Part shown: positions 50,111 to 64,000 of the stretch, in pieces
Numbering within the stretch: position 1 is the first letter of the stretch
Layout of the letters: each line of letters starts with the position of its first letter
DNA from: Eledone cirrhosa
Taxonomy: Eukaryota
Direction: 5' to 3'
Assembly: GCA_964016885.1 (NCBI GenBank)
Contig: OZ024740.1
Location: 199,702,001 to 199,766,000 of the forward strand
DNA length: 64,000 nucleotides
The notes under the pieces: model-generated
Databases searched by the model: none
Told to the model about the DNA's origin: nothing
Seen by the model: the letters and a program-made list of their open reading frames with translations, nothing else
Made by a program: the position numbers and the translations under genes

Positions 50111-50171
50111 AGCTTCCTCGGTAAGGACACAAGAGTCAGTACATAGAGAAGGGAGGAGAAAGAACATTCTT

Positions 50172-50543
50172 AATAATTTATTCTGCGTTAGGCAGAAGAC
50201 CAGCAATTTTAGGGGAGGGGAAGTCGATTAGATCGATCCCAGTGCATTACTAGTACGTTATTTTATCGACCCCCGTAAGGATGAAAGACAAAAATCACTT
50301 CGGCGTGATTTGAACTCAGAACGGAAAGCGCACTAACAATATGCCGCAAAGCATTTTGTCCGACGTTCTACCGATACTGCCAATCCACCGCCCTATTAAC
50401 AATAATTTCTATTATAGGCACAAGGCCAGTAATTTGTGGGGAGGAGAAAGTCGATTAAATCGACCCCAGTACGTTACTTGTGCTTTATTTTATCAACCCC
50501 GTAAGGATGAAAGGCAACGTTAATGTCGGCGGAATTTGAACTC
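50172..50543 (-). mobile_element. Two tandem tRNA-derived SINEs (50172-50390 complete; 50398-50543 truncated at the B box)
   Basis: A box TGGCAGTATCGG, B box GAGTTCAAAT, same body as 30234-30421. Confidence 0.8.
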
Positions 50544-50579
50544 ATTATTAATAATAATATCGAAAATAGATATATTCGC

Positions 50580-50610
<31 letters not shown>

Positions 50611-52139
50611 CTATGCAAAGATGCCGGTATGATATATATCTCTACTTTATGGCTTTTAAACCTTAATGGAACATACTTACATCTTCGGAAATCTCAATTT
50701 TCCGCCAACTTTGGTCCCGGGATGGGAATTCTTAAAAATATAATTAAAATGTTTTGGTATTTTTGCTTTTGTTATATGTTACTTGAAATATGTTTTCAAA
50801 TGGTTTCATATAATTCATCGCTGCCAAATCGTCTACACTCCGTCTCCTTGCTTCATCCAACAGAATACCGATTTTTATCTGACGCGCATTGCAACTGACC
50901 TACGACGGTACTTAAAAAAATTACAAAAAAACAATGACAGCTCTACAATTATAAGTACCATTTTCCCAAATAATTTCAACTTACAAAGTGTTAGCCTGAC
51001 GAATCTAGATTGTTACAGTTCTTGCCCTGACCACATTACGAAAATTACTAAGCCTGCATTCTCCGCTATATACATTTCTCCACACTAAATCATGTTACTT
51101 GTCACTACATCATAGGACCTTCACTTTATGTGTTACTAAGACGCTACCGTGTTGCAAAACTTTTGGTGAATTTATCTTATTGATCGCAAGAAATATATTT
51201 TTAATTTGAAATGTACAAAAAAAAAAATGTATAAAACTATGATACCTCTGCGCTGTAGTCGGCTACCTAGTTGGCATTAATGTTAGCGCCTGCTCTGAAA
51301 GCACCCCGTTGTGTGTGGAAGTTGTCCTTTCATAACATGTAACCGTATCTTTTTCTTTGACAAACATATATCACGTTATCTCTAAGGAACATTCGTACAG
51401 AAAATGCGATTGCAATTTCTGACTATTTCTCTTCCAACACACATTGTGCAGACTTATACAACATTATTTATTCATTTCCCCTATCTCAACACGACATTCT
51501 CGTAATAGCTATTAGCGTAAATTCGTTTTGATAAAGCTAAATTTCAAATTTAATTTTAAGACGAATAAAAACAAAAACGATCAGAAACGATGGTTTTATA
51601 TCTATTGCTTTCTAGAAAGAATTAAAAAAAAAACAATATATTTTACTGGAAGGATGGAAATTATCTATTATGTTATAGAACTTCAGGAGATAATCTGAAT
51701 CTTGGAAAAAAATTCTTATAATGAATTTTGTATTATAAAAGTTAAATAATGAATGAATTACAGAGTAACATGAATGGTGAAGATAAAACAAAAAACAAAG
51801 TAACCCATATTTGAATGAATGCATTCAGGCTGCTTAGAACTTTTGATAAGAACAAAGTTATAATCTCCCACGTATTATATTCTCTTTATCTTATTTTAAT
51901 ATCCATTACTTAACTTTATACTTACCATAAAGAGCATATGTAAAGTTTTTATAAGAGAAATTGCATGAAGAGTCGTAAATCAATAATTGATTTTTGAAAT
52001 TGAACAGCTGTACATATATGATAAGCTAAGATTTACAAAGAGGCAATAACCTTACTGGTGGTTATATATCGCAGGTCATTTCAAAGCTCGAATCTCACCA
52101 CTGCAGTTTGCTCCATCACAGTCGTCAGGTTTATAATAG

Positions 52140-52170
<31 letters not shown>

Positions 52171-52819
52171 GGGGGGGGGGGGGTATGTGGGGGGGGGGGG
52201 GGCGTATGTATATGTATATATATAAATTTGGAAGGGACAAGGTGATGAGTGGTTACTATTAACGAATGTTTAGAAATATAAGGAAAACACAATCAAATGG
52301 CAGGTCCCCTGTTTAGCTGCCTGCTTTGAGTCTCGAACGTTTCGACGCATCAAAGACAATACTCATATCCACAATGCGTCAATACCTGGGAAGTTATTGG
52401 GGAAAGAAGAGACAATGAAACGATGGCGAAGAGAAAGAAAATAAATAAACAGGAGAAAAAAGGAGACGAAAAGATCACGGAAAACATACCGATAGAGAGG
52501 GGGAAACACAAGGAGTAGCACATGTATGTAGCAGTAACCAAAAGGAGAGAAGGGAAGAAGTTAAAGCTCTGGGCGTGTATAAGCCATGGGACCTTATTAA
52601 TAGCGACAAAGGACGTAAAGAGAGAAAGCTGAAGGAAAACGGAAGTAGTAAGGGAGCAGAGTGAATGAAGAAAAGTGAATGAGAGACAGAGAGAGAGAGA
52701 GAGAGTGAAAGAGAGAGAGAGAACGAGATTGGGTGTATACATGAGTGGGATAGAGAGAGAGAAAGGGAGAAAAACTCTCCCTTTGGTTACTGCTACATAC
52801 ACGTGCTACACATGGATAG

Positions 52820-52933
52820 GTTTGTCATAGAAAGTTTTGTGCCAGACAAAAGATAATGGTCAAAAACTATTTCTCCCCCCTCTGATTTCTTGACCATTAT
52901 CTTTTGTTTGGCACAAAACTTTCTATGACAAAC
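52820..52933. repeat. Near-perfect hairpin with ~44-bp arms
   Basis: GTTTGTCATAGAAAGTTTTGTGCCAGACAAAAGATAATGGTCAA / TTGACCATTATCTTTTGTTTGGCACAAAACTTTCTATGACAAAC (1 mismatch). Confidence 0.9.
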
Positions 52934-53506
52934 CATCCTATTCTGACACCTATATTATATGGCCAATCATATGCCTGTGTGTCTACCAATTAAAATGGCA
53001 ATAAAGAACCCTCAAACACGAACTGGTGCGAAATGTGATGTACTTATTCACGTGACAATCATCATCCAACCAAATTAGACTTGTAGACATACATACATAG
53101 CCTTATGTATGTTTATATATATGGAAATAAATACGTGAGCTACCATGGCGCCCCACTTCCCCTCCCTAACCAATATGAAAAACATGCATTTATATCAACA
53201 AAACATTTCAAAACTAACTTTATTTTCTTTTTTGCTGTGAGTTAGTCCCAGGGTTACTTACTCCAGTAAGTACCACCGGATCCACACCACTAAATTTAAT
53301 AGAAATAAGCGATAGGAGAATTTTCATACAATTTCATTTCGTGTGAGAATTATCTCTCACTACATTTGAAGTAATAATTGAATCATAATAAGTTTCTCAA
53401 AACGAGTATCAAAATGACTTGCGTTTATTGTAGTCCGTGAATTACATATGTGGTAAACAAATGTACCTCGTGGCATGACAAGGTATAATCCTGAACCATA
53501 AGATGT

Positions 53507-56500
53507 TGTTGGAAAAAGGTTCGCATGTTTGCACTCGATGTGATCACTTCAAGGGTTAACCGGCAAAAGAGAGAAAGATGACTTTCAGTTCAATATTTTA
53601 TTATCCTTTGAACGGAAGTTTAAAGAAGGTTCTAGAGTTTCAACGGGAAGTAAGTCTAGCTACTTCCCTTGTCTAGAAAGCGCTAAAAGACGCCCCCCTC
53701 AGATGAGAAGTCGAATAACCAATCGAATGTCATTGTAGCAAGAAGCCGTGGAATAAGGAGCAGGCAAAACAAAAGGTACATAAATTACAATGATTTGCAA
53801 CAGAAGCAAAGTATATCATAAACATGTAGAAAATGTAACTGGAACAATACAATTCAAAACAGTACAAAGGAGCAAGGAAAATAGTGCTCAAAATAAGTTC
53901 AAACATTTTCAAAGTCAGATAGTTAATGCCACTAGGGGTTAGATGTATATTGTTTTTGAGAGTTTACGTGGCCATATTACTGTCCTGCCACTTCGTTTGG
54001 AATAAGGTTATGTGGTATGTTGTGTTTGCGGTGGAGGTGAAGGTGTTGGTATGGGAGTCTATGTGCGAGGGTATGTTAGACAATGATGTGAGACTTTCAG
54101 AGAAAGCCTTCTTTGCTCTGTCAACGGATATTATCTCTTTTCGACCATTGACTGCCACTGTAAAGTGATTTGGTGTGTGCGAAATCACACGAAAAGGTCC
54201 ATTGTAGGGTGACGTAAGCGGTACCATAACGGAATCATTCCATATAAAACTATGTGTCCACGTAGAGATGTCCGGTGGGACAGCGCAGAAGAAATAGACA
54301 GGTCACGAGGGCTCATTGCTGGAAGATCCGAGAAATACGAACGAATCCTGGTGACATATGGTGCTGTGTCAAGATGCGATGAATCCACCGGTGCTAACAT
54401 TTGTCCAGGAAGAGTCAATGTGGTACCATATAGAAGGTCAGCAGAAGAAAAACTGAAATCTGTCTTAATGGCAGAACGACAACCAAGAAGCACGATTGGA
54501 AAAAATTCGGTCCAACGTTGCGGATCGGGAGTAGTGCGAAGTGCGGCTTTCAACTGTCTATGAAACCTCTCCATTCCATTGGAGGCTGGGTGATAGCTGG
54601 TCGTATGAATGTGATGAGCACTCAAGAGGCGTGATATTTCACGAAATAAGGAAGCTTCAAATTGGCGTCCACGATCCGTAGTTATTTTAGTAGGAACACC
54701 AAAGCGAGCAATCCAATTGGAAATGAAGGCTCTGGCAACAGACTCTGCTGTTATGTCCACTAGGTGTATGGCTTCAGGCCACTGAGAGAAACGATCGATA
54801 CAAGTCAATATATATGTGAACCCACGACTAACGGGCCACGGACCAACAATATCCATGTGAATATGACGGAAACGTGCGTCTGGCGGGCTGAATTTCCCAA
54901 GAAGAGCGCGGACATGCCGATAAATCTTAGAGCATTGACACTTCAAACAAGAACGTGCCCACCCGGTGATTAAACGATGCATATTAGGGCAGAAAAATCG
55001 AGCTGTAATAAGTTTCTCCCCGGCAGCTATGCCGGGATGTGACAAGAAATGAAGTGCATCAAAAACGGTACGTTGATGGCAATCTGGAACAAGTGGTCTG
55101 GGTGAGTCAGTAGAAATATCGCAAATAATTTTTCCTTCAGCAGACGGAGGAGGTAAATATTCAAATTTACAGCAGGAAAACTGAGGAGATGAAATCCAAA
55201 TGTCTGTATGCCCTCGCAGAGTATCTGTCGGACTTGGTTTGAAGAGCGAATGTGAGTGGTTTATGGTCTGTGAATACTGTGAACTCCCGACCTTCAAGAA
55301 GATGGTGGAAGTGTCTCACAGCAAGAGAAGCTGCTAAAAGCTCTCTGTCAAAAGTACTGTAACGTTGCTCTGCTGGTTTTAGTTGGCGTTAGAAGAACGC
55401 GAGTGGTTGAATTGGTGATCGATCGCATGTTGCAAAACTGCTCCAACAGCATGATCGGATGCATCAACAGATAAAGAAAGTCTCGCGTTTGCAACAGGAT
55501 GGGCGAGGAAAGCAACTTCAGCTATCTCAGACTTGACGCATTCAAAAGACTGCAAAGCATCAGCAGAAAGTGAAATAGGAGTATCTTTCTTTTTCGCAGT
55601 CTTTAAAAACTGTGTCAAGGGTAACAACTTGTCCGCACAGTTAGGAATGAAACGACGATAAAAGTTGATTAATCCCAAGAAATGACGTAATTGTTTCAGG
55701 GAGGTGGCTGATTCGATATGCTGAATCACTTCTACCTTAGATGGTAAAGGTCGAATGCCTTCCGAATCTATAAGATGTCCTCGGAATTCCAGTGAACCTG
55801 TACCAAACACACATTTAGCTGGGTTGATTCTAACTTGGTACGATCGAAGACGTTGAAATAACTGGGATAGATGTTGATGATGGTGCTCAGCTGAGTCACT
55901 GGCTATCAGGAGATCATCCACGTAAGCAAACACGAAATCCAATCCATGCGTGACTTCATCGATAAAACGCTGGAACATGCTAGAAGCATTCCGCAAGCCA
56001 AAAGGCATGGACAGGAATTCAAATGAACCAAAGGGGGTGGTCACAGCTGTTTTTGGTATATCCTCTGGATTCATGGGTATCTGGTGGTATGCACGTATTT
56101 GATCTATTTTGGAAAATATCTTGCATCCATGCAGAAAGGATGAAAAATCCTGTAAATTTGGTAGAGGATAACGGTCCGGCGTGGTGATGGCATTAAGTCG
56201 TCGATAATCTCCCACAGGTCTAAAATCCGCTTCATCTTTACGAGCCAAGTGAAGCGGAGATGCCCATGGGCTGGTGGACGGTCGTATGAGACCGAGTTGG
56301 AGCATGTTCTCGAACTCGTTTCGTGCCTTTTTTAGTCTATCCGGAGCCAACCTTCGTGGACGAGAGAAAACAGGTGGACCAGTTGTAACGAAGTGTTGAG
56401 TCGAGTGGGCTGCCTGGGTAGGTTTAAATGAAATATCCGTTAACTCGGGAAACGAAGTAAGGAGTGCATGAAACTGGTTTCCAGCGGCAGTCACAAAAAA

Positions 56501-56707
56501 TGATGGACTGACAGCAGTAGTGGTAGATTTACGAGTTGGTTAGCATGTTTGCACTCGATATGATCACTTCAAGGGTTAACCGGCAAAAGAGAGAAAGATG
56601 ACTTTCAGTTCAATCTTTTATAATCCTTTGAACGGAAGTTTAAAGTAGGTTCTAGAGTTTCAACGGGAATTAACTCTAGCTACTTCCCTTGTCTAGAGAG
56701 CGCTACA
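53507..56707 (-). mobile_element. Gypsy LTR retrotransposon 2 (CsRn1-like), PBS/gag/protease deleted
   Basis: Direct repeats at about 53518-53687 and 56538-56707; PPT GAGGGGGGC at about 53693-53701; RT, RNase H and integrase; no TSD identified. Confidence 0.92.
53964..56535 (-). pseudogene. Gypsy pol (RT, RNase H, integrase), frameshifted
   Basis: SPWASPLH; GDYRRLN; YPLP; MPFGLRNA; YVDD; DASD; LSHPG..CLKC; HMDIVGP; TDRGRQF; YHPASNG.ERFHR; PYNGPF; ISVDR.KKA. Confidence 0.93.
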
Positions 56708-57009
56708 GTCTCATCCCATTTTTATCAAACGACATCTATCTTACACCTTATTAATCCCGCCCCTCCACAACCAAATTTAAAATAGAAAATTGTCGAAGAT
56801 ATTGTTCATAAATTTAAGATAAGTGATTCAGGTATAAGAAAAGAATTTGAAAACATGTCGCAATTATATTCACAAAGGTCGTCTATTGAAATGGAATCAA
56901 CATGAGGGCACTTTAACAACCCCTCTCTAAAACACCACAAACACCCACTTCATCACGAATCAATTACCACTCCCAATCAATTACCTTGTTTCCATACAAC
57001 TTCATTTAG

Positions 57010-57052
57010 ACCCAGCTGAGGATCTGAATAAGGTGAAACAATTGTTCTCAGT
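57010..57052 (+). ncRNA. Degenerate minimal hammerhead in a separate pLTR remnant
   Basis: acccag-CTGAGGA-tctgaataaggt-GAAA-CAATTG-TT-ctcagt; about 30 bp before (TA)n; helix I decayed. Confidence 0.55.
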
Positions 57053-57076
57053 ATGATGAACTAACTGTTGGGGAAC

Positions 57077-61099
<4,023 letters not shown>

Positions 61100-61190
61100 T
61101 GTGTGTGTGTGTGTATATGTGCATTAGAATGGCTGCAGTTTAGTGACTAAAAGAATAATGGAAATATGCATACAAGTATATATATGCTCA

Positions 61191-62390
61191 TTCTTCTTCT
61201 TCTTCTTCTTCTTCTTCTTCTTCTTCTTCTTCTTCTTCTTCTACGAGGGTTGTAGTGTAGAGTCCTCAAACACTTTTTCTAGTGGGTCCTGTCAGAAGCA
61301 ATCGCCGCCAATTGATCCAGTTGGATCCCCAAACGAGACCAGCCGAGGCCATGGTTGTTATCTATGTAACTTGCTCGGGCCAACACCTGGGTCTCTATCC
61401 AGCTCGTTTTTACTTTAAAATATATCAAGCAATGTTTCCCTCATACATTCTAACTACATGTCCGTTATATCGGAGATGTGGTCCCTCGATTCGGGGATGT
61501 AGTGGCTCTAACTAGAGTAAATCGTTGATCTTCGAGCTACGCATTCTATCGAGTAATGTTTCACCATAAACATTTCGGAAAAACCTCATTCCGGCCGCTG
61601 GAATTCGTGACCATCATCTTTCTATCATCACCTCCGATTCATCACCATAGATAAGCGTTGGTACGAATACCGAATTGAAAGTGGCGAGTTTGGCTTTTAC
61701 TCCTACCTCCATTTATGATTACCGAATGCTGAAGCAGGTGCATTACTCAATCACTCTTGTACATTGTGTGCTTAATTTAGCTTCCTGTTTTCTATCACTC
61801 GAGATATTTGAACTCCCCCACCTGCATCAGTAGAACGGTATGCACATGTAGATTGCGCTAGCAAGCTTCTCTATGGGAACGAGTGGCTCAGTCTTCGCAG
61901 CTTTGATTTCCATTCCAATCAGGCAGCACTCGGCATCAAACCTATCATGTTCATATCGGAGATCACCTTCTGACGAGTTCAGTGATACCATGTAAGCAGA
62001 TTCCAGCCGACTGAGCCTACACCTGCTAGTCATGACATCACATCCAGCCCGACTGTGCATATCAATCTTTTTCATAAAAACAATGAATAGGAAAGGTGAC
62101 AGCATTCGCCCTTTGCTGAGTCCGACTCTCACATAGAATTTTGATTTAGCAATATTTATCTGAACACAAATACTAGGCCATTCTTATTGAAGCATCAGGG
62201 CAACAATAAGCTGACCATCGGTTCCATACTCCTGCAGAACCTTCCACAGCAGATCCTCTGGACTCGGTCATATCCACTTCTGAGTTCTAAAATGCAAGAA
62301 TACATCTCTTGGCAATTCTCCCACGATTTCGCATGGACCTGGTGCAATGTAAATATATAATCATCTGTGATGCGCCAGGGGCGAAATCAT
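61191..62390 (-). mobile_element. RTE-clade LINE 3' fragment with (GAA)n tail, decayed
   Basis: VGLSKGRMLSPFLFIVFM..SSEGDL...DRFDAEC..GMEI...KTE; KAKLATFNSVFVPTLIYG..AAGMRF; (TTC)n at 61191-61241. Confidence 0.82.
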
Positions 62391-63877
62391 TTTAAAATGA
62401 ATTTGCACCATGGTTTCCTAAATATGTGTTAGTTGTTCTGGTAAAGGAAACAGTATATATGAACCTTTAAGTTTTGGATGATTAGTATAGTCTTTTGAAA
62501 ATGTGGTACAATGCTATTTAGAAATACAGGAGTATATTACAAAAATCAAAGCAGTTAGCTGGAAACTAGCGATGTGGGTTAGACTACCATGTGTACTGAT
62601 ACATATCTTTTTCCTTTAAGTGTCCGGATGAGCTCCGTTTTTATTAGACTATGTTATTTAGTCAAATAGTTACAGCGAGGATTACTCTTCCAATTTAAAT
62701 ATTTCCTTTTATTATTACTCCTAAAACAAAGAAAGATGTGTTTGGATTCATTGGCCTACCGCCCGATTACATATTTCACCGGCAAATAAGTGTATACACC
62801 CTATTATTATTAGACTATTATATTCAGTCAAAACGTTACGGTAAAGTTTCCTATTTCAATTTTTAGTTAGGTTTTATTTCATGTTTCGGGTTTAAGACCC
62901 CGTAACAAAAGGGAGGAAATAGAATGTGATGATATTGACGAGCGGAACACTTCTGCTTGTAATATGTGCTATAGTAAATAAAATGATAAATATGCATGTC
63001 TGTGTACGTTTGAGTCCCTAAAATGATATTTCAACGATTGAATAGCTTTAGATTTACTGCACATTCTCAGATCAAGCCGCTTATCGAACAATTAGAGTTA
63101 CTAATTGTTAAATATTGACTCAACGGGAACAGGTACCTCAAAGGATTCTAACCAAGGTTATAATAATTCTGCTAATTCGTCGAGTAGTATAATTGCTACA
63201 AAAAAAAATAGCAAAAAAAACTAGGACAGTTTCAAAAATTCTGTTTAACATTTAGTCAGTCAGTGTATTCTTCTGACATTAAATTATGCGAAGACTGACG
63301 TTTTCATATCGGCTTTTCTAACGTTTATTGATATGAAAACAGCACTAGAGAGGATATCCGTCTGTCGGGGAAAAAAACATATCGTTTGAAGCCGTGGTAT
63401 ATCTGACAGAAATCTTTTGATTTCTGATTTACTTTCTGTGCATGTGTTTCCACACGTTAAAATGAAATCTCTCATTATTGATCTCAAAGTTTCAAACTTC
63501 GCGTTACTCGCATAAATCACAGTGTATTTCTCGATCTGGATCCGACAAGGCTTACAAAAAATGTCAGTAATGTATTCACGTTTATGGAAATAAATATAAC
63601 TAAACACAATACATCACAATTTTTCACGTATCTCTGCACACGGAAGAAGCATTCGTCATAATACTCTATTTATACAAAGCTTGAAAAAGAGAAAATGACC
63701 TACACGATCTTAGTTTCTAAATATTCCCAGTAAAGCGAATACGTACAACAAGAATGAGGGGTGATGTTTGCAATTTCCGCGGGGCCATGGACAATTTCCT
63801 GTAAAACAATATATTTTAACTTCTTCTAAAACTACTTATATAATATTTCAAATTCCTATTAAATTTTCTAAAGGTAG

Positions 63878-64000
63878 TGATGGATTGGCAGAATCATTAG
63901 AATTTTGAAGAAATACGCTTTACTCTGTGTTTTGAGATTGTGATATCTAATCTTGTTAAGGTCAACTTTCCCTAACATAAATTCCGAGTTCGATAAATAT
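63878..64000 (+). mobile_element. Decayed SINE 5' part (runs off the window)
   Basis: GGATTGGCAGAATC...AGGTCAACTTT...TCGATAAA colinear with the other SINE copies. Confidence 0.5.

Noticed and set aside
63284-63607. 107-aa ORF on the minus strand
   Set aside because: No recognisable domain or splice context; the length is compatible with chance.

Overview
Eukaryotic, AT-rich, microsatellite-dense, gene-free transposon graveyard. The repeat landscape looks molluscan, probably octopus (inference). No host gene could be supported. The dominant component is at least ten Penelope-like retroelement (PLE) insertions or remnants. Most have RT GG(L/M)YRDD, a DKT motif, a CxCx5C linker and a C-terminal GIY-YIG, matching the Hydra clade. 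Nearly all sit inside (TA)n tracts and carry type I hammerhead ribozyme (HHR) motifs in their pseudo-LTRs; about a dozen HHR folds were found by eye. Also present: an R4/Dong-type RLE LINE fragment, a rearranged Tx1/L1 element plus two Tx1 fragments, two RTE LINEs (one with a twin-priming inversion), two CsRn1-type Gypsy LTR elements with 5' deletions, a decayed Rep/Hel Helitron with both termini, a mariner fragment, MITEs, tRNA-derived SINEs and several fold-back hairpins. The most interesting signals are the PLE-HHR system (palindromic helix III, 90-99 nt helix II inserts, a family with a fixed non-canonical CAGAAGA core), the recurrent head-to-head architecture with one tailed and one untailed end, and a small non-coding tandem-HHR unit resembling a retrozyme. 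All folds and alignments were done by eye, so coordinates may be off by a few bp.
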